Shown: positions 40,508-49,600 of the stretch, piece after piece
Position numbering within the stretch: position 1 is the stretch's first letter
Layout: every line of letters begins with the position of its first letter
Source: Alphaproteobacteria bacterium
GTDB lineage: Bacteria; Pseudomonadota; Alphaproteobacteria; CAAHEQ01; UBA3637
Assembly (NCBI GenBank): GCA_045638265.1
Contig: JAZUBA010000044.1
Location: 146,862 to 210,861 of the forward strand
Reading direction: 5' to 3'
DNA length: 64,000 bases
Notes under the pieces: generated by a model
Told to the model about the DNA's origin: nothing
What the model saw: the letters and a program-made list of their open reading frames with translations, nothing else
Database searches by the model: none
Program-made: the position numbers and the translations under genes

Positions 40508-41161
40508 ATGAAACCAAATCAGAAGAATCGCTATAATGGGCGACACAATAACCGAAACACTCGTTCAATGATTATGCGGAATACGGTTATGGAAAGTACG
40601 GGACCAATGGGTAAAATTCATGGAACGGCATTGCAATTATCAGAAAAATATCAAGCTTATGCAAAAGATTATTTAATTCAAAATGATGTTGTTATGGCTC
40701 AAATGTGCATGCAATATGCTGACCATTATATGCGTCTTCAAAATATTGCTATCGCTAACGAGCAATCGTTACGACCTCAAAATAATAATGAACAACGCCA
40801 AAAACAAGTTGCTGAAAAAACAGAACTACAACCGACTATTTCAGAAAACATTGAAGAAACACAAGAATTAAATACGAAAGAAGAAAGTGTTTCAGAAACA
40901 AAAACAGATGAAGTTGTTGAAACGGAAACACCGTCGGAACTAAAAGAAAAGAAAGTTAAATCGGCAAAAAAACAAGCTAATCGTAAAGTTGTCAAAAAGA
41001 AAGAAAAAGAATCAGATGATGAAATGGAAATCAAGGCTGAAGATGTGTTAGGGCGTGATTTATCCGTTCCGATTGCCGTTATGCAGGAAAACAATGAGTC
41101 GCCTGTTAAGACCAAAAGGGCTACATCACGTCAACAGACAAAGCAAGCAGTATCTCAATAG
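40508..41161 (+). CDS. DUF4167-family protein (alphaproteobacterial)
   Basis: N-terminal GPMGKIHGTALQLSEKYQAYAKDY...MQYADHYMRL core typical of DUF4167, then a charged low-complexity tail. Confidence 0.8.
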   Translation: MKPNQKNRYNGRHNNRNTRSMIMRNTVMESTGPMGKIHGTALQLSEKYQAYAKDYLIQNDVVMAQMCMQYADHYMRLQNIAIANEQSLRPQNNNEQRQKQVAEKTELQPTISENIEETQELNTKEESVSETKTDEVVETETPSELKEKKVKSAKKQANRKVVKKKEKESDDEMEIKAEDVLGRDLSVPIAVMQENNESPVKTKRATSRQQTKQAVSQ

Positions 41162-41179
41162 AGAAATGGGTAAAAATAA

Positions 41180-41211
41180 AAAAGCATACAAGGATGTATG
41201 CTTTTTTTTTA
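41180..41211 (+). terminator. Rho-independent terminator
   Basis: Stem AAGCATACA/TGTATGCTT followed by T9. Confidence 0.8.
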
Positions 41212-41216
41212 TACTT

Positions 41217-41245
41217 AAAACCACCAGTAAAACTGGTGGTTTTTG
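41217..41245. terminator. Hairpin terminator usable by the convergent minus-strand 937-aa gene
   Basis: Stem AAAACCACCAGT/ACTGGTGGTTTT flanked by A and T runs. Confidence 0.6.
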
Positions 41246-41264
41246 GTATATAGATCATGTAATA

Positions 41265-44078
41265 TTAAGAAGATAAAGCACACTTGTAACCAGTGATTTC
41301 GGAATCAGCGTTTTCAATTACTTCTATTGTTCGACCGCAAACAGTCTGACACATATTTTTAGAAACTTCATCTGTTCCGATTTCTTTTGTACTTGCTTCT
41401 TCGCAGAAATAACATTTACCGTCTTTATCTTGCCACATGCCCGACGGACAATCTTCAACACACAATCCTACTAAATTGCCTTGTTCTTCAAAACCGGTTG
41501 TCATTACACGCCTGTTTTCACAACTACTGCAAAGATTTGCAATATCTGGATTAACAGGAACATTTTTCTGTGAACAAGCAACACAAGTAGCACTTGTATT
41601 GAGGAATTGTTGACCTTCTGCACATAAACCTTTTAAACAATTTCCACCTTCATAACGTCTATTTTTACAACTGGCACATTGTTCTTGAGTTGTTGTATAA
41701 GATACATCTGAATCACATCGGCGACAATAACCATCATTAGAACGATAATATACACCATTATAATCCCCTTTAATATATGCCTCAGCAGCATCTTTTATTG
41801 TGGCAGTTAGGTTTGCATCAGAATAATAATCATTACCTATATTATTACAAATACCACTAACACCTGGATTAACCAATCTACAATACGGACTCCAATAAGT
41901 ATTATCTTTTACCACCATACGATTTCCACAATCATTACACAAATTGAAAGCACCTGGAGCTGTTGTTATAAATTGTATTGCATCATCATCACCACTATTT
42001 GCTCGAGTACATGAAACACAAACACCTGTTCTTGTTTTATAATATCTGGTTGTTTCAGTATGAGGACAATCAGCCATCACACAATATCGTTGAGTTCCCC
42101 ATTCAGTTCGTAACCAATCAGATGTTCGATTAGGACATTTTTCATCACAATCACTTTTTGCATTCAAATCAATAGTGATTGAAGACGTGGTTGATGTCGT
42201 ACCACAAGTCACACATGTTCCACCTGCATTATTAATGTAATTTTCAGCGCAAACCGGACGACACACAAGACCACTCTGTTTACTATTAAAGACTTCCATG
42301 GTTAAAATTGTCCCGTTTTCATCATACTCACCATTTTCATTTTTTTTACAACGTGATTCACAGCCAGAAATATCTTCTGATACAATTGTAACACTTGATG
42401 TTGTTTTGTCACAACTTCTGCAAACATTGTCCTTTCCTAAAAACTGACCTTGTAGACAATCTTCCTTTTTTTGTTCTAAAATACAATAATCACCATCAAC
42501 TTTACGACCACATTTTGTGCATAAATTTGATAAATATTCTTTTTGATTAGAAATGTTAATATTATTTGATGTTGTGACTGTTTTGCAATCAAAACAATTT
42601 CCATTTGCATTTTGCCACTTGCGTGTACATTTTTCATCCTTTGGATTAGCTTTGCAAATTTCTATTTGTTCATCTTCGTTTACCGGTTGTTCACAAACAG
42701 GCAAACAGTATCTTTCAATGACATGACGTGGTGCAGAATCTGGACAACTATTACATTTTTCCTCAGCATACGCTCTAAAATCACTATGTGTAGAAGAATA
42801 GTTTGTCCACCATATTTGAACTCGCTGATTCCTATTATCTGAACATTTAGTGCAAGTATAAGGTGTTCCTTCCTTAATAAATTCATCATCCGCACAATTT
42901 AGTTTTTGCTGACACCAATATCCTCCTAAGTATGAACCATACCATGCGTGATTTTCTGAACACGCTAAACATTGTGCTTTTGATATAGTTTCATTTTGAA
43001 TGCTATGACGAGTCATATCACTACATGGAATACATCCTTCACTGGATGATTGATAAGAATACCCCTCAGTACACATAAAGGAACAATACCCCCGAGAGCT
43101 ATCTTCTTGTAACTCACCACGCCAACGTTTGGTTCCCGCTGCTTCACATTCTCCGCACATCGTATAACCGTCTACCTCATCACTCGTATCAGGGAACCCT
43201 TGTCCGTCTTTTAACACAAAGAAATTACTTCCGTCATCACAACTGATACATGCTCCGTTTTGACTGCGGAATGTTCCTTCCGGACATGTCTTTTTTAATT
43301 CCGTACAAGTATTATTTGATTCATCACAAATCCAACCACGTCCCTTGTGTTGACAATCTTCATTTATTTTACATTCTACACATATACCACTTGCTCGCAT
43401 ACAGAATGGTTTATCTGTTCCGACACAGGCATCACGACATGTCATTGTTTTAGGATCGCATACGGCGCCCCCACATTCCTGCGGACAATCTTCTTCATCT
43501 ACACATGGCTCTAATGCCGGTCCATTCGGATTATCGGGATCTACAATCCCACCAACTGCACCACCACCTTCGCTCAAAAATGATGTAAACACCATTTGAT
43601 TCATCGTGCCACTTTCGCCACAGATAGCAATATCTCCTGTATAGCGTGTGAGATTTTCAGAATCAACATCACCGACTTGTACAAACTTTAATCCTTTAAT
43701 TGCATCATCTAAATTTTCTTGTAGCACTTTCTGACAAACAGCACTAGGGACATCATTAACCCATGTTTTGAACGCAATCGGCGGATGAGATGTTACCCCA
43801 ATTTCAAATCCTGTTTGCGTCATTTCACCATATTCAGGAAAGGCATCTTCATCAGGTGAATCGGGTAATTCTTTTTCACCGTCTTGATATAAATGCCAAA
43901 TATCCGTGGCACGCATATTGACTTCATTGACAATATCGTTTGCCCGATGTTTATCCATGGCATACTTATATCCTTGAATACCGCCGAATGATAATACACC
44001 AATAATGGCTAAAACGCCCAATATTTCAACCATTGAGCGACCACGTTCGTTTTGTGTAACAAGTGCTTTAAATGACAT
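41265..44078 (-). CDS. Giant type IV pilin-like protein: prepilin N-terminus and small pilin-like head, followed by a ~750-aa CxxC-rich cysteine-repeat region
   Basis: GGAGG Shine-Dalgarno. Class III signal ...NERG|RSMVEILGVLAIIGVLS with Glu at +5. Gly/Pro linker GGGAVGGIVDPDNPNGPALEP. Then, by manual count, about 74 Cys including about 18 CxxC pairs (CISC, CGEC, CIPC, CTKC, CNSC, CFDC, CRSC, CVTC, CNDC, CASC, CSSC ...). Confidence 0.85.
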   Translation of the reverse strand: MSFKALVTQNERGRSMVEILGVLAIIGVLSFGGIQGYKYAMDKHRANDIVNEVNMRATDIWHLYQDGEKELPDSPDEDAFPEYGEMTQTGFEIGVTSHPPIAFKTWVNDVPSAVCQKVLQENLDDAIKGLKFVQVGDVDSENLTRYTGDIAICGESGTMNQMVFTSFLSEGGGAVGGIVDPDNPNGPALEPCVDEEDCPQECGGAVCDPKTMTCRDACVGTDKPFCMRASGICVECKINEDCQHKGRGWICDESNNTCTELKKTCPEGTFRSQNGACISCDDGSNFFVLKDGQGFPDTSDEVDGYTMCGECEAAGTKRWRGELQEDSSRGYCSFMCTEGYSYQSSSEGCIPCSDMTRHSIQNETISKAQCLACSENHAWYGSYLGGYWCQQKLNCADDEFIKEGTPYTCTKCSDNRNQRVQIWWTNYSSTHSDFRAYAEEKCNSCPDSAPRHVIERYCLPVCEQPVNEDEQIEICKANPKDEKCTRKWQNANGNCFDCKTVTTSNNINISNQKEYLSNLCTKCGRKVDGDYCILEQKKEDCLQGQFLGKDNVCRSCDKTTSSVTIVSEDISGCESRCKKNENGEYDENGTILTMEVFNSKQSGLVCRPVCAENYINNAGGTCVTCGTTSTTSSITIDLNAKSDCDEKCPNRTSDWLRTEWGTQRYCVMADCPHTETTRYYKTRTGVCVSCTRANSGDDDAIQFITTAPGAFNLCNDCGNRMVVKDNTYWSPYCRLVNPGVSGICNNIGNDYYSDANLTATIKDAAEAYIKGDYNGVYYRSNDGYCRRCDSDVSYTTTQEQCASCKNRRYEGGNCLKGLCAEGQQFLNTSATCVACSQKNVPVNPDIANLCSSCENRRVMTTGFEEQGNLVGLCVEDCPSGMWQDKDGKCYFCEEASTKEIGTDEVSKNMCQTVCGRTIEVIENADSEITGYKCALSS

Positions 44079-44126
44079 AATACCTCCAAATTATCTAATA
44101 AATTCAGTTTTTTTACATTGTAATTA

Positions 44127-44146
44127 AAGGTACGTTTAATTGCAAC
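44127..44146. repeat. Left arm of the 20-bp perfect inverted repeat (AAGGTACGTTTAATTGCAAC)
   Basis: Exact reverse complement of 44257-44276. Extends to 44124 with one 1-nt indel. Confidence 0.95.
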
Positions 44147-44183
44147 ACTTTTTTTTATATTTTTGCATTTTTTTTAATTTTTT

Positions 44184-44213
44184 TTGATTTTGGTACGTGG
44201 GCGGATTTATAAT
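44184..44213 (+). promoter_or_regulatory. Sigma70-like promoter inside the IR-bounded segment, pointing away from the pilin-like gene
   Basis: TTGATT (44184-44189)-N18-TATAAT (44208-44213) on the plus strand. I found no comparable -35/-10 pair on the minus strand of the segment. Confidence 0.5.
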
Positions 44214-44256
44214 CTTTGTCACGATTCACCCTTTTTTGATTCTTATATGCGGAATC

Positions 44257-44276
44257 GTTGCAATTAAACGTACCTT
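44257..44276. repeat. Right arm of the 20-bp perfect inverted repeat (GTTGCAATTAAACGTACCTT)
   Basis: Exact reverse complement of 44127-44146; the spacer between the arms is 110 bp. Confidence 0.95.
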
Positions 44277-44304
44277 AATATGCAACGAGAACAATGTATT
44301 TTAT

Positions 44305-44345
44305 ATAAAAAAACGGATTATCTTCATTAAAGATAATCCGTTTTA
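44305..44345 (-). terminator. Terminator of the acetyl-CoA synthetase gene
   Basis: 14-bp stem AAACGGATTATCTT/AAGATAATCCGTTT with flanking A and T runs. Confidence 0.85.
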
Positions 44346-44363
44346 AAAGTCGTTAATTCAAAA

Positions 44364-46445
44364 TTATTTTAATAACATCTTGAAGTCAACAACAACTGCG
44401 CGGTCTTTTGTAACCAATGCAGGGTTGGCATCAATAGATGTAATTTCAGGAATTTCTAAAACAACTTGTTGTACTTTTTTCAATGTTTCAGCCAAAGGTC
44501 CGACTGCTTTCGGATCTTCTCCACGAACACCGTTTAAAATTGTACCGACTTTTGTTTCTTTAATCATAGCATCAAAGTCTTCTGCCGGTAAAATGCGTAA
44601 AGTTGTATCTTTCATAACTTCCGTATAAATACCACCTGTTCCGAAAACCATAATGCGTCCGAAGTTTTTATCGGAATTGACACCGATAATTGTTTCTGTT
44701 GCTTTAACAATCATTTCTTGAATTAAAACACTGGCTCCTTTTAATTGGAATTTTTCAATAGAACCGTTTAATCCATCCCATGCTTCGTTAAATGTTGCTT
44801 CATCATGAACATTTAAGTAAATACCTTTCATTTCTGTTTTGTGTAAAGCATCAGGAGCTGATAACTTTAAGACAACAGGTGATGGGAAGATTTTTTGACA
44901 GAAAGCATAAGCTTCGGCTTTATCTGTATAGTTACCGCTCTTTGGATAATCAATGCCATAATGATCCATAATCATATTGACAACATTTTGCGGTAAAGAT
45001 GCCAAACCTTCGGCTTTTGCAGAAGCAACAGCTTCTTTGATAGCTGTCGGAACTTCATTTGTTTCAACAGTAATGGTTTTTGCACCACGATATGCCATTT
45101 GAGCTTTTAACAAACCAAGTGAACGAATAATATCAATTGGATATTCATAGTTCAAAATGTGTGCTTTATTTAAAATCTCACGACCTTCTTTAACTTTAAC
45201 ACCACCGACAAATACAGCAAAAATATTTACATTTTTGTATTGTGGTGCAATGCGAACAATTGCTTCTGCCGTACCTGTTGCATCTGTAACCATTTGAGGT
45301 GTCAACAAGACGAGAATATTTTTGTATTCACCGCTTTCGCATAAGATTTTCAATGCTGTTTCATAACGATCGGCACGAGCATCACCAATAACGTCTATCG
45401 GGTTACCTAATGAAGCTTCAGCCGGTAAAGCTGCACGCAATGTTTCAATTGTTTTTTCACTTGGACGAGCTAAATCTAAACCGTTATCTTCGCACAAGTC
45501 ACTGGATAACACACCAACACCGCCGGCATTTGTCAAAATGGCAACTGAACCGTCAAATTCATGATGATGTGTATATTGTAAGATTTCTAACAAGCTGAAT
45601 AATTCACGTGTTGTGTAAGCTTGAATAACACCGGAACCTTTTAAAGCAATTTCCAAAACACGATAGTTTGGAGCTAATGAACCTGTATGTGACAAACTGG
45701 CAGCTTGTGCTTTTTGAGATTTACCCGGTTCCATAATAACAACCGGTTTTGTTTTTGAAACTTCTTTTAAGACACGCAAAAATTCTTTACCATTTTTCAA
45801 TGATTCCAAATAGAAAACAAAAGCTGTTGTGTTTTTGTCGTCTTTCAATGCAGCTAATAAACGGTCTTCAGCCAATAAAGCTTTGTTACCGATAGAAATA
45901 AAGTGAGAGAATCCAATGCCGTTTTCACGAGCCCAGTCCATTAATGCTGAACAATAAGCACCTGATTGTGAAATAAAGGCAACATTACCTTGTGAAGGGA
46001 AACCATCGGCAAAACTGGCATTGACTTTGTCAAATGTTGAAATATGACCTAAACAGTTCGGTCCTAACAAGTTAATACCATTTTCAGCACATTTTTGAGC
46101 AATTGTATCTTCTAATTCATGATTACCGACTTCACCGAAACCAGCTGTAATAATACTGATGTTTTTGGCTTTATTAGCAATGGCATCATCAATAACCGGC
46201 ATTGTGAATTTAGCCGGAACAACGACAACAACCAAATCAATGGCTTCCGGCAAATCACGAACGGAAGCATAACAATCTTTGCCATACAATTGTGTACCGG
46301 CACATTTTGGGTTAATGGCATATAAATTACCTTCATAACCGGCATCAATAAGATTATTAAAGACAACGGCACCTAATTTTGACGGATCATTTGAAACACC
46401 GACAACCGCAACACTTTGCGGATTAAAAAACGAATCTAATGACAT
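44364..46445 (-). CDS. ADP-forming acetyl-CoA synthetase / acetate-CoA ligase family (fused CoA-binding, CoA-ligase and ATP-grasp domains)
   Basis: N-terminal FFNPQSVAVVGVS...LYAINP CoA-binding fold, a GPNCLG motif, SQSGA, and a C-terminal ATP-grasp-like half; 693 aa. Confidence 0.88.
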   Translation of the reverse strand: MSLDSFFNPQSVAVVGVSNDPSKLGAVVFNNLIDAGYEGNLYAINPKCAGTQLYGKDCYASVRDLPEAIDLVVVVVPAKFTMPVIDDAIANKAKNISIITAGFGEVGNHELEDTIAQKCAENGINLLGPNCLGHISTFDKVNASFADGFPSQGNVAFISQSGAYCSALMDWARENGIGFSHFISIGNKALLAEDRLLAALKDDKNTTAFVFYLESLKNGKEFLRVLKEVSKTKPVVIMEPGKSQKAQAASLSHTGSLAPNYRVLEIALKGSGVIQAYTTRELFSLLEILQYTHHHEFDGSVAILTNAGGVGVLSSDLCEDNGLDLARPSEKTIETLRAALPAEASLGNPIDVIGDARADRYETALKILCESGEYKNILVLLTPQMVTDATGTAEAIVRIAPQYKNVNIFAVFVGGVKVKEGREILNKAHILNYEYPIDIIRSLGLLKAQMAYRGAKTITVETNEVPTAIKEAVASAKAEGLASLPQNVVNMIMDHYGIDYPKSGNYTDKAEAYAFCQKIFPSPVVLKLSAPDALHKTEMKGIYLNVHDEATFNEAWDGLNGSIEKFQLKGASVLIQEMIVKATETIIGVNSDKNFGRIMVFGTGGIYTEVMKDTTLRILPAEDFDAMIKETKVGTILNGVRGEDPKAVGPLAETLKKVQQVVLEIPEITSIDANPALVTKDRAVVVDFKMLLK

Positions 46446-46554
46446 TTTTCACTCCTTTTCTGTTCGTTAAATAATGAGCGTACTATACTCAAAGCACACA
46501 AAAAAGTCAATGCCAAAACGCATATTTTTTTGAAAAATTTTATATTTTTTAAAA

Positions 46555-46590
46555 TAAAAAAAGGTGTACATCACCATACACCTTTTTATT
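46555..46590 (-). terminator. Terminator of the AsmA-family gene
   Basis: Stem AAGGTGTA/TACACCTT with a U-run on the minus strand. Confidence 0.7.
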
Positions 46591-46609
46591 ATCACACACT
46601 GTTTAGTCT

Positions 46610-49600
46610 TTATTCAACCCGACGAATAGAACCTCTTAATCCCTGCCCGACTGTCATTTGACGAACAGCATCATTTTGAGTTTCCTCTACTGTCATTTTT
46701 TCAGTTGTATCATTCGCTTGCGGTAGCACATCATCCCGAGAAATATGACCTGTCAAGCCATTTTTTTCTTTTGCTGAATACGATTTTCTATCTTCAACTT
46801 GATTTTCAACACCTTCGGATTGTTTCGTTTGTGTGAGTTTGCTACTTTCAGAAACGACAGACAATGGCTCAATCGGTGTCGCATTTTCATCAAAACGCAA
46901 AATATAACGATATCCTTTTACAACGGAAATATAAGCTTCTTTGGCTGTTTCCATATTTAAATAATGTTCTTCATCCGATTCATTTTCATTTGATTTCATG
47001 GCAATCGTTGCCAACTGTTTCGTATGTTCTTTTGTTAATGGCAACAATCTGGAAACAATTTCAATATCCGGATAAGCATTATGAATCCGCTCAATTTCCT
47101 GTTGCATTAATTGGGATTGTTTCATATATGCCTTAATCAATTTTCTGTCTTCAAAAAACTTGTCATTTGTTGCCTCGGCAACGGCTTCTTCTGCTTTTAA
47201 AATTGCCAAACGGGATTGTTCCGTTAATTGCATATATTCGGCATCCGTCAATGTTTCTTTAACAGACAAATTATTCATAAAATCCATGGCATCTTGTGCA
47301 TTTTGCAACAAATCCAATGCCCGTTGATTATCTCCGCTCTTTACCTTGGCAGAGGCTTGTTTTACTGCTTCACGAGCATCAAAAACCGCCTGACGAGCCT
47401 TTTCTTCTCTTTCCGTACGAGCAACTGCCGTTTGACGTTCTTGTTCAACTTTTTTGGCATTGGCAATTTTAGCTTTGTCATCCTGAACAATATCAGATAC
47501 CGAATCAGATAAAACCATATAATCCGATTGATAAACCAAACGATTTAACTTTCCTTTCAACATCAGTTTAAACGGTGGCAAATCAGGACGTTTTGTCAAT
47601 GAAAGAGGCATTGAAACATCTAATTCTTTTGGTGCAATGCGCCATTCCATTTGAAAATCAGATGAATATCCGTTCCCTTGCAAAACGGCATCCATAGAAT
47701 GCAATACACCTTTATTAACCGTATATGATCCCGTAATGCTTTCTACGATTGTCTTACCTGAATTTAACAAAATATTTAAGGCTTTGTCAAAATTTGATTT
47801 TGGCACTTTATTTTCTATAGAACGCATAATCAACGGTTCTACTTTTTCAAGTCCGATGCCAATCCATTCTAAATTATTGATGGCATAATCACCTTTACCG
47901 TTTAATGATTGCAACATAGCATATGGTGAAGATCCTGTCGCTGATAATTGAGCTTTCCCCGTAAATATACCATCACCGATTGACATACCTTTTAATACAA
48001 TAATATTTTTATTTAAAGGCATTTTTTGCATAGATAAGTCCACATTGAGTTTTGGTACACCATCCCAAGATAAAGAACCGGACAATTCAACCGGTGCATT
48101 ATCATTACCGTATGTTCCTTTTATTTCGTTTAAAGTCAAAACACTATTATTCAGGCGAACATCAACAAAAGCGTTTTTCAACTCAATATCCCCTAATAAA
48201 AATTGATTCGTTTTAATTTTAATATGCTGATTTAAATTATTCAGTCCATTCAATTTAAACGGCACTTTTACTAAATTGTCTTTTAACGAAACGTTCTTTA
48301 AATCATTCCAAATATATCTGTCCGTATCAAAAGAAGGCGTTGTTAACGTAACATCTAACAAACCGTTTTCCGTTGTTGTATAAGAACCTTCGGCATTCAG
48401 GATATTTTCCCCGATTTGTATTTCTGCATTAGAAAAACGAACAACTTTTAAAGTACCGTTTGTTAAAGCTTTTAAAGTAAACGGTCCGGATAAAGAAGTA
48501 TTAATTGTACTTATCGGCATTACTTTTGTCGTAAACGTACGGAAATTAGGATAAGAAACAAACACATTCATGTTATTGTATGTTAATTCATCCTTTGTTG
48601 TATCAACATTTCCTTTAAACGAAAACTCTAAATCAGCAGATTTAATTTGTGTATCTGTTGTCCACACATTTTTGTCTGTTTCCGCTAAGCTGACATTAGC
48701 ATCAAATACCTTGGCAGAATTAATGATATTACTTGTTGATTTTAAATTAACTTTATCCATAAATAATTTCATATCGTTTGTTTTAAAATCAAATTTTAAA
48801 TCTGCTATACGCACAGCATCAGTTCCGACACCATTAATCGTTGCTTCACTCTTTAACGTTGCATTGGCAAAATCGGATGTTTCAAACTTATCAAATTTTA
48901 AAACACCATTTGATATTGATCCAACCAAAACACCTGCATTTATCGGCATCATACGGAAACGAATGTTTTTCAAATTCAAATCAAACGTACCGTTAAAACG
49001 GGCTAAATAATCGGCTTTTGAAAAATATTGTTTCATAAAACTGACAATTTGAGAAAGATCGGGTGTTTCTTTGGGTTTTGTAAAGCCGACATATTTATCC
49101 AAATCAAAACTGTCAACGGTTAAATTCATTGAAAGTTCAGGTAATTTGTCTGTTTTAAGATATGCAAATTTACCACTGATTTTACCTTTATCCAATGCCA
49201 AAGATTGAATATCCACCGTAATATCATTCGGATAAATCAAGGCTTCGCCGGAAAATTTGGCTTTTTTCATCAAATCATTCGGCACTTTTTTAACATCCGT
49301 TATTAAACCCAACACTTGTTTAAAATCTTCCGTTTCACTCACAATTTGTAATCTGGCACCTGATTTTTCATCTTGTTTTATAGAACTGCCTGAAAACGTA
49401 ACGGCGGTATTACCGATTAATGTCGCTTTACCGTTCTCAATTTGTAAACGATTTCCTTTTTTTGATAAATCACCTGTTAATTTTTGAATGGTATTTTTAC
49501 CGTAAATCAATTCACTAATATCAAACTTCAAATCAAAATTTGATGTTTTTTCAGAGGTCAAACCTGTCCATGTTAAGCCTGACAAAACACCTTTCCAATG

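Noticed and set aside
44127-44276. The inverted repeats as an ordinary terminator or attenuator hairpin
   Set aside because: A 110-nt loop is far too long for an intrinsic terminator. The true terminator of the upstream gene is the separate 14-bp-stem hairpin at 44311-44343.
48570-49010. Antisense or shadow ORFs inside large genes (e.g. 48570..49010, 40777..41115, 35866..36180, 37399..37719, 9853..10158, 11251..11529)
   Set aside because: They lie entirely within well-supported genes on the opposite strand or in another frame. They have biased low-complexity composition and no Shine-Dalgarno. These are typical shadow ORFs.
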